A DNA stretch of 64,000 nucleotides, taken from assembly GCA_013911655.1 (NCBI GenBank), contig JACESU010000003.1, forward strand, positions 65,996 through 129,995, written 5' to 3'. The stretch is from Alphaproteobacteria bacterium (lineage in GTDB: Bacteria > Pseudomonadota > Alphaproteobacteria > Caedimonadales > UBA1908). The position numbers and the translations under genes were made by a program. This document shows, in pieces, positions 48,966-58,453 of the stretch. The notes beneath the pieces were generated by a model that was not told where the DNA came from, did no database searches, and saw nothing but the letters and a program-made list of their open reading frames with translations. Positions within the stretch are counted from its first letter, which is position 1. Each line of letters starts with the position of its first letter.

Positions 48966-49811
48966 TTATGCGCTTTCGGCGTTATTTACCTTGTTCAAGA
49001 AATGTTCGTAAAAATGGCTGAGGGCAGATACTACAGCCAGCATCAAATATACAGTAAAAGTTGTGAGTACTGTTTCAAGAAACACATCCATGAGCATAAT
49101 ATTGGATGCTGTTTTATGCTCAAGGTGCGCGGTCATAGGGGTTCTTGCCGTCAGGATCCATAGGATCATAAAAGGCAGTCCTGTGACCAGAATTGACACA
49201 AACATAGCCCATGCTTTTCCTTCCGTGGCTTTGAAAATGGTTCCCATCTCCACAGGTTTCCCAAGACATACATGGATATTGAGAGGCAGAAGTCTCATAA
49301 GGAAATAAAAGAACACCCACAAGGTGGCTGTCAGAACCAAAAGATAAGTCACCATTTTAAGAGAAAAGGCAAGGCCAATTAACGCAGGCTCTTCGCCTGT
49401 GGTGCGGGTAAAGGCGATATGTTCACCCCATAAAACAATAAATGTTGGGATTGCAACACAAATAAAGAGAAGGATACGGACCCACAGAAGTGACCAAAGT
49501 TCTTTTTGTAAGAAATAAGAAAAATAACCACTTCCAGGTTTTTTGAGGATCGCTTTTTGAACGCTGTAAACCACAAGGGGTAAGACAAATAGCTCGCTGA
49601 TGAAGGTCCGCAAGGTGTCTTTATAAAAAGCCATGGTAGTATATGACCCTGGTGAGAGGTGTGCAAATGAATAAGACCAATGACCAAAGAAAATATTAAA
49701 AACAAGTAAAACCACAAAATAACCCAGGAGCACAGGTAGGATATCGATTTTGGGAAAAAGGATAAAGCTAAACCCCTTTTCAATAGATTCTTTTATGACG
49801 TTTTTTGACAT
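48966..49811 (-). CDS. Hypothetical integral membrane protein (about 6 hydrophobic segments)
   Basis: Long ORF of hydrophobic composition. The ATG at 49811 has a GGGAG Shine-Dalgarno. No family recognised. Confidence 0.5.
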   Translation of the reverse strand: MSKNVIKESIEKGFSFILFPKIDILPVLLGYFVVLLVFNIFFGHWSYSFAHLSPGSYTTMAFYKDTLRTFISELFVLPLVVYSVQKAILKKPGSGYFSYFLQKELWSLLWVRILLFICVAIPTFIVLWGEHIAFTRTTGEEPALIGLAFSLKMVTYLLVLTATLWVFFYFLMRLLPLNIHVCLGKPVEMGTIFKATEGKAWAMFVSILVTGLPFMILWILTARTPMTAHLEHKTASNIMLMDVFLETVLTTFTVYLMLAVVSALSHFYEHFLNKVNNAESA

Positions 49812-49979
49812 GCCTGCGCTCCCTATCATTATGTTTATATGTTGTATTTCTTTTTATTTTGATTTTTATTTAATTTATTTTATTTGCTATTATCTCAAAT
49901 GTGTTCAAATCAAGCAAGCCTTGCTTTGAGTGTGGAAAACCGCTAAGAAAGTAGGGATTAAGAGAGGAGTCTTGCGTCT

Positions 49980-50675
49980 ATGATTGTTAGCTGCGAAAAG
50001 TGCTCTAAACGCTATTTGTTGGACGAATCTGTTCTGGGGGCGGCTGAGCGTGTACTGCGCTGTGCGGCTTGCGGACATTCATGGACACATACCCCGATCG
50101 TGGGTCACGATACGCTGGTGGCTTCTCTTGCTGCAAAGGGCGGACCTATTGCTGCTGAAGGTGATATGGCAATTGCCGTAAAAAAAGGATATTTTTCACT
50201 TAGCCTTCTTTTTGCGGTTTTTTTGTCATTGGTGGTCGTTGGGGGGTATTTTTCTAGGACCCAAATCGTGACGACCTGGCCAAGTGCTCTTCCTTTGTTT
50301 CAGTTTTTGGGCGTTAATGTGCACCCAAGTGGTCAAGGCCTTGTGATTCGCGGCGTTCATCCTCTTCAAACGCGAGTAGATGATCAAACAAATCGTCTTG
50401 TTTTGACAGGGCAAATTGTGAATACATCTGGCCAAGCGCATGGGATTCCCCCTTTAAAAGTAAAAGCATACGGCCCCTGTGAAGAGGCCTCATTTTCTGA
50501 GCGTATGCTCAAAAAAATAACAGCCGTTTTTTCCCATGGAAAAGACGGCTGTGTTCTTGTTTCTTGGGACCATTCTTTGACAGAAACAAGGCTTTTACCC
50601 GAGGAACATATTGCGTTTGAAACCCCTGCTAAAGAGTTGCCTAAAACCGTTTTATGTGTCGAATTGGAGTTTTAA
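49980..50675 (+). CDS. MJ0042-type zinc-ribbon protein with DUF3426-like C-terminal domain
   Basis: The N-terminus MIVSCEKCSKRYLLDE...LRCAACGHSW has two CxxC pairs. A single membrane helix follows, then a beta-rich domain. Confidence 0.65.
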   Translation: MIVSCEKCSKRYLLDESVLGAAERVLRCAACGHSWTHTPIVGHDTLVASLAAKGGPIAAEGDMAIAVKKGYFSLSLLFAVFLSLVVVGGYFSRTQIVTTWPSALPLFQFLGVNVHPSGQGLVIRGVHPLQTRVDDQTNRLVLTGQIVNTSGQAHGIPPLKVKAYGPCEEASFSERMLKKITAVFSHGKDGCVLVSWDHSLTETRLLPEEHIAFETPAKELPKTVLCVELEF

Positions 50676-51299
50676 GTGTCTATAAATTCTGTTTCTTTTC
50701 AGGTCGCGCCGTCAATTTCGGCTCGTCGTAATGATTTCTTTGATCAAGTGATGGACGAGCATTTAAAGGTGGCAATGCGTACCAAAGGGACACTCGCGCC
50801 TGTATTTTCTGATCTTGTGGACGCGTGCTTGAAAGCCATTTGCGCAGGCAATAAAATTTTGTTTTTTGGCAATGGCGGAAGTGCTGCTGACGCGCAGCAC
50901 CTGGCAACAGAGCTCACTGTACGTTTTGTTAAAGATAGACGCGCCTTACCAGCATTGGCCCTGACTACCGATACATCGACCCTGACGGCAGCTGGTAATG
51001 ATATGGGATTTGAGACTATTTTCTCCCGTCAAATTGAAGCCCTTGGTAAGCCTGGTGATGTCGCTATTGGTATTTCGACCTCAGGTAAAAGTCCTAATGT
51101 GCTAAAAGCGTTCGATGTTGCTAAAAAAATGGGTCTTGTGACTGTTGGATTCACGGGCAAAGATGGCGGCGATCTTGCGGGGAAATCTGACGTGCTGGTC
51201 ATTGTGCCAAGCGATATTACAAGTCACATTCAAGAAATGCATATTACCCTCGGTCAAATGCTATGCGGCGCGCTAGAGCGCGAACTTGGGCTTGCCTAA
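50676..51299 (+). CDS. gmhA: D-sedoheptulose 7-phosphate isomerase (SIS domain)
   Basis: FGNGGSAADAQHLATEL and GISTSGKSPNV motifs. The start is uncertain (GTG 50676 or ATG 50751). Confidence 0.85.
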   Translation: MSINSVSFQVAPSISARRNDFFDQVMDEHLKVAMRTKGTLAPVFSDLVDACLKAICAGNKILFFGNGGSAADAQHLATELTVRFVKDRRALPALALTTDTSTLTAAGNDMGFETIFSRQIEALGKPGDVAIGISTSGKSPNVLKAFDVAKKMGLVTVGFTGKDGGDLAGKSDVLVIVPSDITSHIQEMHITLGQMLCGALERELGLA

Positions 51300-51300
51300 A

Positions 51301-52767
51301 ATGGAAGCGCTTGCCTATTCTCAAATTCTGTCCGCCATTTCTCACGTGCGTGTCCTCTGTTTGGGGGACGTGATGCTCGATCACTTTGCTTATGGCCGTG
51401 TGGAGCGCATCTCACCCGAAGCGCCGGTCCCTATTTTTCGTGCCATCAGGAAAACCACAGTCCTTGGCGGCGCTGGGAATGTTGTAAGAAATTTTGCCTC
51501 CCTTCAGGCTCAGTGTTTATTCATGGGGGTGGTGGGCGATGACACGTACGGGACAGAGGTTTCCGCCCTTTTTGAGAGTCTTCCCCACACAAGCGCCCAG
51601 TGCGTGACTGAAAAGGGGCGCCGCACAACCGTGAAAACACGCTTCGTCTCTGAAGGTCAACAGCTCATGCGCTGCGATGAAGAGGATACTTTTGAGATTT
51701 CTCTTGAGGCAAGAACGCACATTTTGAGTGCCCTTGAAAAACATCTCACAGACACAGATCTTGTGATTCTTTCAGATTATAGCAAAGGCTTTTTCTCACC
51801 CGCCTTTGTGCAAGAGATCATCAAGCTTGCGAATCTCCACCATAAACCCATTATTGTAGACCCAAAGGTTAAAGACTATGGGTGCTACCGGGGGGCAACC
51901 TTTGTTACACCCAACGCTAAAGAGCTTTCGGTTGCGACCAATATGCCGGTCGAGAGTGACGAAGAGGTCGAAAAAGCGACAAAGTTTCTTTTGGATCACT
52001 GCGGTATTGAGGCAGTTTTGGCCACAAGGGGCGCCCAAGGGATGACGCTCCATGAACGCGGAAAAACAGCCGTGCACCTGCCGACCCACGCCCTTGACGT
52101 TTATGATGTGTCGGGAGCCGGAGATACGGTTGTGGCCTGTCTTGGTGCGTGCGTCGCGGCGGGCGCGTCTGCCCACCAAGCCGCCCACATGGCCAATGTG
52201 GCGGCAGGACTTGTGGTTGCCAAGGTCGGAACGGCCACCATTAGCCTTGACGAGCTTTCCCACGCCCTTCATGCGAATTTAGAAGAAGAACGCCTTAAAA
52301 AACATGCAACTTCCTGGCAAGAAGCCCACGACCGTATTGTGCAGTGGCACCGGGAGGGCCTGAAAATTGGATTGACCAATGGTTGTTTTGACATTCTGCA
52401 CCCTGGGCATATCAAGATTCTGAGGGAGTCACGTCAAGCATGCGACCGGTTGGTGGTCGCTGTTAACAGCGATGCGTCCGTGAAACGCCTCAAGGGGGAG
52501 TCACGGCCCTTTCATACAGAATCTTCCCGTATGCAAGTGCTAGAGGCTATGAGTGATGTGGATTTGGTCGTGCTTTTTGATCAAGACACTCCCCTTGAGC
52601 TTATCCAGTACTTGCGTCCAGATTTGTTGGTGAAAGGCGCTGATTATACTGTTGAGACAGTTGTGGGTGCCAAAGAAGTTCTATCATGGGGCGGGGACGT
52701 GCTCCTTGTGACCCTTCAAGAGGGGCACAGCACCACAAGCACGCTTCAAAAAATGGAGAAGGCTTAA
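51301..52767 (+). CDS. hldE: Bifunctional D-beta-D-heptose 7-phosphate kinase / heptose 1-phosphate adenylyltransferase
   Basis: Ribokinase-like N-terminal domain (DVSGAGDT) and cytidylyltransferase C-terminal domain (TNGCFDILHPGH). Confidence 0.9.
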   Translation: MEALAYSQILSAISHVRVLCLGDVMLDHFAYGRVERISPEAPVPIFRAIRKTTVLGGAGNVVRNFASLQAQCLFMGVVGDDTYGTEVSALFESLPHTSAQCVTEKGRRTTVKTRFVSEGQQLMRCDEEDTFEISLEARTHILSALEKHLTDTDLVILSDYSKGFFSPAFVQEIIKLANLHHKPIIVDPKVKDYGCYRGATFVTPNAKELSVATNMPVESDEEVEKATKFLLDHCGIEAVLATRGAQGMTLHERGKTAVHLPTHALDVYDVSGAGDTVVACLGACVAAGASAHQAAHMANVAAGLVVAKVGTATISLDELSHALHANLEEERLKKHATSWQEAHDRIVQWHREGLKIGLTNGCFDILHPGHIKILRESRQACDRLVVAVNSDASVKRLKGESRPFHTESSRMQVLEAMSDVDLVVLFDQDTPLELIQYLRPDLLVKGADYTVETVVGAKEVLSWGGDVLLVTLQEGHSTTSTLQKMEKA

Positions 52768-52815
52768 AATCTTTTAAGCCGCTTTCTTACACAATCATGT
52801 AGGTAATTTTGTCAG

Positions 52816-52892
52816 TGGTCGGGGTGGAGAGATTCGAACTCCCGACATCCTGCTCCCAAAGCAGGCGCGCTACCAGGCTGCGCTACACCCCG
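52816..52892 (-). tRNA. tRNA-Pro (anticodon UGG)
   Basis: The reverse complement begins CGGGGTGTAGCGCAGCCTGGTAGCGC and has anticodon loop TTTGGGA, a TTCGAAT T-loop, and ends ACCA. Confidence 0.9.
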
Positions 52893-53034
52893 ACATGTCC
52901 TTCGATACACGATCTTGGAGGGGTGCGCAAGGGAAAACATGTTTTCCCTTCACAAAAAGTCTTTGTTAAAAGCCGCTTGCTATGGCGCCTTTCTTTTTGC
53001 ATCATAAATTAAAACAGGGACACTTTAAAAAACA

Positions 53035-53742
53035 ATGACTCGTCACGCCGTTAAACGCGCACTTCGCGCCGAGGAAGGCTTTAGCCTTGTAGAGCTTTCC
53101 ATTGCCCTTTTGATCATTGGCCTTATTGTGGGTGGAGTCCTTAAGGGGCAAGAGCTTCTTGAAAGTGCGCGCCTCAAGTCAGCTCTCACCCAGGTAAATG
53201 AATTTCGCTTGGCAACGGGGGTGTTCATGGACAAATATAATGCCCTTCCTGGTGACTTTGATAAAGCGAGCGAGTATATCGCCTCTCACTTGAAAAACGG
53301 CAATAACGACGGCGTGATTGAAGGGCCAGGCCTTTCTTCTAGCGGTCCTGGTCACGAAGCTCTTTCCTATTGGCAACACCTGTCAGCCGCAAATCTTTTA
53401 CCAACGACGGGTCAACTTCCTTCAAGCGGGGTTGCAACCTTTGGATCGGGCGCGCCGCGGGCAAAAATCGGGGGTGGCTTTACTATCCAATACGATTACT
53501 TCGGGGACGCAAAGCACTGGTATCTTTTGGGTCAAGAAAACGGCGATCGTGGCAACGGCGCCCTTTTGACCCCTCAACAAGCCATGAGTATTGATCAAAA
53601 AGCTGACAGTGGCAGGCCCAAAGAAGGACAAATCCGTGCAGAAGAAGGGGTGGGGGCGCAACCGGGTAGCTGTGTCACGCCGCAAGGCGCTTATAACGGT
53701 CAAACAAAGGATAAGGCGTGCGTTTTATATTTTCAAATGTAA
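53035..53742 (+). CDS. Prepilin-type N-terminal cleavage/methylation domain protein (pilin or pseudopilin-like)
   Basis: G|FSLVELSIALLIIGLIVGGVL class III signal after a 15-aa leader. Confidence 0.7.
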   Translation: MTRHAVKRALRAEEGFSLVELSIALLIIGLIVGGVLKGQELLESARLKSALTQVNEFRLATGVFMDKYNALPGDFDKASEYIASHLKNGNNDGVIEGPGLSSSGPGHEALSYWQHLSAANLLPTTGQLPSSGVATFGSGAPRAKIGGGFTIQYDYFGDAKHWYLLGQENGDRGNGALLTPQQAMSIDQKADSGRPKEGQIRAEEGVGAQPGSCVTPQGAYNGQTKDKACVLYFQM

Positions 53743-54524
53743 GACGTTTTCTAAGAAACGAGGCTGGTTTTTCTCTTCTAGAGCTATCGGTCGCGTTGGC
53801 CGTCATGGGGATTATTGCCGCCTCAGGGCTTTCCCTTGTGGGCGCGCGCGTGAGTGCGGCGCAGGAAAAGGTTACAAAAGAGCACCAAACATTTGTTTTG
53901 AAAAGTCTTGCCAATTACCTTTTATCACAGAAAAAATTGCCGTGTCCTAGCCCTGATCTTAAGGGATTTGCCAAGGAGCAGTGTAAAAGTCCTAGCGAGG
54001 CCGTGGGCTATATTCCTTTTGAAACCCTGGGACTTTCATCAAAAGTTGCCCAAGACGGCTGGGGAAAGGTCATGCGATACGGCGTTCATCCCAAAATGGC
54101 AGATTTCACCAACGGTGCCGTAGAGGGAGATAAGATAGAGGCCATTTGCACAGTAAGCGACGGATCTTTTGTGATTAAAAAGGATGGACGTCTTCTTGCC
54201 TCTCCTAAAGAAAACCCCTTTACTGTTGTGGTATATAGTCAGGGAACAGCGATAGGCCACCCCAGTGAAAGCGAGCGCGTCAATGACACTCAGGATTTGC
54301 ACTTTGTGGATAAAGCGGTGTCTGCTCACAAAGATCATCCCCACCGTCATCTTTTAGTGTACGCAACACGCGATGATCTTTTAGGGCATTATGCCGGCTT
54401 TTCTTGTCCCGGGTATGTCGCCGAGCGCAGTATTATAAAAAGCAAAAATCCTCTTAAGAGAGACGCGCCACCGCTTTCCTCCTCTTCCCTTAATGATACA
54501 GGTGACTTTTCTTGGGGAGACTAA
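53718..54524 (+). CDS. Second prepilin-type N-terminal domain protein
   Basis: G|FSLLELSVALAVMGIIAASGL motif. The GTG start overlaps the preceding gene by 25 nt, and the start is uncertain. Confidence 0.6.
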   Translation: MRFIFSNVRRFLRNEAGFSLLELSVALAVMGIIAASGLSLVGARVSAAQEKVTKEHQTFVLKSLANYLLSQKKLPCPSPDLKGFAKEQCKSPSEAVGYIPFETLGLSSKVAQDGWGKVMRYGVHPKMADFTNGAVEGDKIEAICTVSDGSFVIKKDGRLLASPKENPFTVVVYSQGTAIGHPSESERVNDTQDLHFVDKAVSAHKDHPHRHLLVYATRDDLLGHYAGFSCPGYVAERSIIKSKNPLKRDAPPLSSSSLNDTGDFSWGD

Positions 54525-54585
54525 ATCTCCGTGACGTGGGGGTAGGAACACGCTATGGTGCACCGTGGATAAAAGAGGCGTGCCT

Positions 54586-56751
54586 ATGGATCTTGTTGAC
54601 GTTGTTTTACCGCAAAGGTTGACCCAGGCTTATACGTACGTCGTGCCCGAATCCCTCTCTTGTCTTGAACCCGGGCAGTTTGTCAAAGTTCCCTTTGGCA
54701 CCAAAGAAAAAATCGGTCTTATCTGGCAGAGGCGTTCAAAAGAGACCTACAAAGGTGATTTTACCCTAAAAGAGGTGAGCGCGTGTGTGGACGCCCCAGC
54801 ACTGCCACACCAAACACTCTCATTCGCCAGATGGGTCTCGGACTATACCGTAACGCCCCTTGGTCTTGTTCTTAAAATGATCATTCCGCAGCTTTCATTT
54901 TTGGATGAACGGACAGAAACTTATCTGTGGACGTGGCAAAAGAAAAATGAAAAACGCCTCACACCCTTGCGCCTGAAAATAAAAACTTCTTTGGAAAAGG
55001 GGATGATCGCCCAAACCCTGACACAATTGGCAAATCATCTGGAGGTAAGTACAGCAACGTTAAAGGCCCTTGAAAAGGAAGGCATGATTGAGAAAGTGCC
55101 CACCCGCCTGGAAGAGACGCCAATTTGCGCCGAAGAAGGGATACTGACCTTTAACGGCGAGCAAGCGCGCGCCGTGCATACCTTGCAGGAATCCGTGCGC
55201 AAAGAAGCCTTTCAGGTAACCCTTTTGGACGGCGTGACGGGGTCTGGAAAAACAGAAGTCTACCAAGAGGCCGTCTTTGAGGCGCTGGGTCTTCAAAAAC
55301 AAGTTCTTATTCTCCTTCCTGAAATTGCGCTTACCCCTCAAGGTCTTGCCCGGTTCGAGCGCCGTTTTGGCCAAAAGCCCCTACTTTGGCACTCGGGTGT
55401 TTCTGAAGGGGCTAAAGCCGCCATTTGGCAAAAGGTGATAAGAGGCACGCCTTGTGTGGTTATTGGCGCAAGATCTGCGCTTTTTCTACCGTTTTCGCGC
55501 CTAGGACTTGTGGTGGTCGATGAAGAGCACGAGCATGCTTATAAGCAAGAACAAGGCGTCATGTATCATGCCCGCGATATGGCCGTTGTGCGCGCCCATC
55601 TCGAGAAAATTCCAGTAATTTTGGCCTCCGCCACCCCCAGCGTGGAAAGCCTTGTGAACGTCGCCCAAGGAAAATACCAAGAGATTCAGCTGACCCAACG
55701 ATACGCCCGCGCAACGCTGCCGCTTATCACCCTTGTGGACAGACGAAAAGAGCCCTTACAAACGGGTGGAAAACGGTGGATTGGGGACGCCCTTTATCAA
55801 AAGTTGCAAGAAGCCTTAGAGGCAGGGCAGCAAAGTCTTTTATTTCTAAACCGCAGGGGGTACGCACCTTTGACCCTGTGTCGCCGCTGCGGCGAGCGCT
55901 TAGAATGCCCCTCATGTGCGAGTTTTCTTGTGGAACACCGCACCAAAGGGATCCTTATGTGTCACCAGTGCGGACACACAAAACCCACAACGACCCAGTG
56001 CCCCAGCTGCGGGGGAGAAGACTGTCTTGTGGCGTGCGGTCCGGGGGTTGAGCGGCTTAAAGAAGAAATCAACCGTCTTCTTCCTTTGGCACGCGTGGGG
56101 GTCATCACCAGTGATCAGGGCTCTGTAAAAGAACGTGCCCAGCAGCTGCGCGCCATGGAAAAAGGCGAGATCGATATCCTTATTGGAACCCAGATGATTG
56201 CCAAAGGACATCACTTTCCTGGCCTCACCTTTGTCGGGGTTGTGGACGGCGATTTAGGGCTTTGTGGGGGGGATTTGCGGGCAGGAGAGCGAACCTATCA
56301 GCTCCTTCATCAAGTCGCAGGACGCTGCGGGCGGGAAGAGAGGAAAGGGCACGTGATGATTCAAACCTACGCGCCCGATCATCCCGTGATGCAGGCCCTT
56401 TCAAGCGGCAACAGAGCCGACTTTATGGACGCGGAAATCGAGGCACGCCAGCATTTTCAGATGCCTCCTTTTTCAAGGCTTGTGGGCTTGATTTTCTCTG
56501 GACCCGATGAGGGACTTACCTCTCAAACAGCCAGCATGGTTGCTGCAAAACTCGCGCATACCCCAAAGCTTGTGATTTTGGGTCCTTGTCCCGCCCCCTT
56601 GTCACGGGTGGGAGGGCAGTACAGGTGGCGCCTTCTTATAAAAGCCGAAAAATCCCATAAACTACAAAGAATCTTAGAAAAAATCTTAAAAGAACCTCAC
56701 TCGTCCAAAGTACGGATACAAATTGACGTGGATCCCTATTCTTTTTTATAA
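54586..56751 (+). CDS. priA: Primosomal replication restart helicase PriA
   Basis: DGVTGSGKTEVY Walker A, VVDEEHE, Cys-rich zinc insertion (CRRCGERLECPSC...CHQCGH...CPSCG). The ATG at 54586 has an AAGAGG Shine-Dalgarno. Confidence 0.9.
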   Translation: MDLVDVVLPQRLTQAYTYVVPESLSCLEPGQFVKVPFGTKEKIGLIWQRRSKETYKGDFTLKEVSACVDAPALPHQTLSFARWVSDYTVTPLGLVLKMIIPQLSFLDERTETYLWTWQKKNEKRLTPLRLKIKTSLEKGMIAQTLTQLANHLEVSTATLKALEKEGMIEKVPTRLEETPICAEEGILTFNGEQARAVHTLQESVRKEAFQVTLLDGVTGSGKTEVYQEAVFEALGLQKQVLILLPEIALTPQGLARFERRFGQKPLLWHSGVSEGAKAAIWQKVIRGTPCVVIGARSALFLPFSRLGLVVVDEEHEHAYKQEQGVMYHARDMAVVRAHLEKIPVILASATPSVESLVNVAQGKYQEIQLTQRYARATLPLITLVDRRKEPLQTGGKRWIGDALYQKLQEALEAGQQSLLFLNRRGYAPLTLCRRCGERLECPSCASFLVEHRTKGILMCHQCGHTKPTTTQCPSCGGEDCLVACGPGVERLKEEINRLLPLARVGVITSDQGSVKERAQQLRAMEKGEIDILIGTQMIAKGHHFPGLTFVGVVDGDLGLCGGDLRAGERTYQLLHQVAGRCGREERKGHVMIQTYAPDHPVMQALSSGNRADFMDAEIEARQHFQMPPFSRLVGLIFSGPDEGLTSQTASMVAAKLAHTPKLVILGPCPAPLSRVGGQYRWRLLIKAEKSHKLQRILEKILKEPHSSKVRIQIDVDPYSFL

Positions 56752-56784
56752 TGGGGCGTTCTATATGCTCTTAAGGAAGTCATC

Positions 56785-57906
56785 TTGGCGAATCACCTTA
56801 AAAAACTGAGTGAGTGGAAAGACGCGGGCTTCCTTGAAGAAGAGGTATATGACCGCATCCTTAGTTATGAGAAAACAACGCAAAAACCCCAATGGATGCT
56901 TTATGGCCTGATTACCCTTGGAGTTGGGGTCATAGCCCTTGGGATTATCGCCACCATTGCTGCCAACTGGGCATATATTGCAGACGGCGTGAAGCTTGGC
57001 GTTAACTTTCTGGGTCTTAGTGTTGTCGGTGGTACGGCCTTTTGGGCAGACACAAAAAAGAAAAGGCTCCTGGCCGAAGGCGCTCTTTTTCTTTTCTTCC
57101 TATGGTGCATTGCCTCTATCGGGCTTATCTCTCAGATTTATCATCTAACTGGTGATTTATATCAACCTTTATTCTTGTGGACGGGATTAACGCTGGGCGT
57201 TGTGCTTTTAACGCGCACCCTTGTGATGCCTCTTTTTTGGGTGGGGGCGCTGTCGTTGGCGACGGCAAGTCTTTACTATAACACGCGTTTTGAATACATG
57301 ATTGGATGGACAACCTTTGGCATCAGTCTGCCTCTTATCTTCGCCATCGTTGGCTTTTCTTTGCAAATCCTGCGCAAAGATCTCCCCCTTACCCGTGCGT
57401 TTTTGTTGTGGGCTTTGGCTCTGGCCATGGGGTACGAAGTTTTTTTGTATGTGGAAGGGCTTTTTTCAGGACCTTCTCATATACAGCCCTTTATCCGTTT
57501 CGGGTTAGCGGGCACTTTGGGCGCACTGATTTTGGTGCATCCCCTGTATCATAAAGCCCAAAAAGTATGGCTCCTTTTAGGTGTCCTGCTTTTTATGGCC
57601 ACCGTAGAGGTGTCGATTATACGGCATCATGATATTTTGCAGCGTGTGGCCATTCTGATTTTGGGTCTTGGTTTTTTAATGAGTTTTGCCATTTTTTTGG
57701 CCAGCACCGGCTCGAAATTCCTGTTCCAAACCGTGATTCTGTTGGCGGGGCTGCGCCTTGTTCTTTTCTATATTAGCCTCGTGTCGGGTCTTGAGACCAT
57801 GGGGCTTAGTCTCATCTTGACGGGTCTTTTCATCGTGGCCATGGTGCTTTTGTGGAAGAAACATAAAGATAGATTATTTGTGAAAATGAAGGAGATCTCA
57901 TCATGA
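56785..57906 (+). CDS. DUF2157-like multi-pass membrane protein
   Basis: Soluble N-terminus (LSEWKDAGFLEEEVYDRILSYE) followed by about 10 hydrophobic segments. It pairs with a downstream GDYXXLXY gene as is usual for this family. TTG start with an AAGGAAG Shine-Dalgarno. Confidence 0.6.
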   Translation: MANHLKKLSEWKDAGFLEEEVYDRILSYEKTTQKPQWMLYGLITLGVGVIALGIIATIAANWAYIADGVKLGVNFLGLSVVGGTAFWADTKKKRLLAEGALFLFFLWCIASIGLISQIYHLTGDLYQPLFLWTGLTLGVVLLTRTLVMPLFWVGALSLATASLYYNTRFEYMIGWTTFGISLPLIFAIVGFSLQILRKDLPLTRAFLLWALALAMGYEVFLYVEGLFSGPSHIQPFIRFGLAGTLGALILVHPLYHKAQKVWLLLGVLLFMATVEVSIIRHHDILQRVAILILGLGFLMSFAIFLASTGSKFLFQTVILLAGLRLVLFYISLVSGLETMGLSLILTGLFIVAMVLLWKKHKDRLFVKMKEISS

Positions 57907-58382
57907 CGAAAAGAAAAAGTTTGATGATTTTTTCCTTGATCATCCCTGTGGTTGTGTTGATGTCTTTTGCCGTGCGCCATCACTTAAGGAAAGGAAGCGG
58001 CACCGAGATCACTTTGCCTATTTATGGGTACGATCCCAGGGATTTTCTATCGGGGCATTATTTGACCTATATCATTGATTACGGGGTCAAAATTCCTTGT
58101 GAAAGTCAAAAGAATCACAGCACATGGTATGTATGTCTTGACACAAAAACGACTTCTTTGGATAAGCCCAAGGGATGTGCCAAACTGATTAAAGGCGTCT
58201 GTAAAGGAGGGCGTTTTGTGGCAGGAACCGAGAGGTTTTATATTCCTGAAACCAAGGCCGCATTTCTTGATAAAAAAACACAAAGCGGCGCGGCGCATCT
58301 GGTGATGTCTGTAGACGAAGATGGAAATGCCCTCGCCAAAGATTTACTCATCGACGGGGTTTCGTGGAAAAATACTAAATAA
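57903..58382 (+). CDS. GDYXXLXY-domain protein (degenerate motif)
   Basis: N-terminal anchor, YGYDPRDFLSGHYLTYIIDYG and ERFYIPE segments. ATGA overlap with the upstream gene. Confidence 0.55.
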   Translation: MTKRKSLMIFSLIIPVVVLMSFAVRHHLRKGSGTEITLPIYGYDPRDFLSGHYLTYIIDYGVKIPCESQKNHSTWYVCLDTKTTSLDKPKGCAKLIKGVCKGGRFVAGTERFYIPETKAAFLDKKTQSGAAHLVMSVDEDGNALAKDLLIDGVSWKNTK

Positions 58383-58453
58383 TCAGGCCCTTTTCTTGAC
58401 AAAGCCCTGAAGGAAAGGCTTATCTAGAAAGAGAAATAGTACTGAGTAAAATC

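Noticed and set aside
48822-49829. Near-identical translation initiation regions, A-AGGGAGCGC-NN-GCATG, at the micro-ORF (48824) and the membrane-protein gene (49811)
   Set aside because: Beyond the Shine-Dalgarno and ATG only about 5 extra bases are shared. That is plausible by chance and not enough to claim a shared regulatory element.
52983-53001. Sigma-54-like TGGCGC...TTGCA upstream of the pilin-like gene
   Set aside because: The GG to GC distance is 15 nt rather than the invariant 12 (compare the fliC promoter), so it is not a functional -24/-12 element.
52809-53012. 67-aa plus-strand ORF
   Set aside because: It is the antisense reading of tRNA-Pro plus spacer. No Shine-Dalgarno, and the tRNA explains the sequence.
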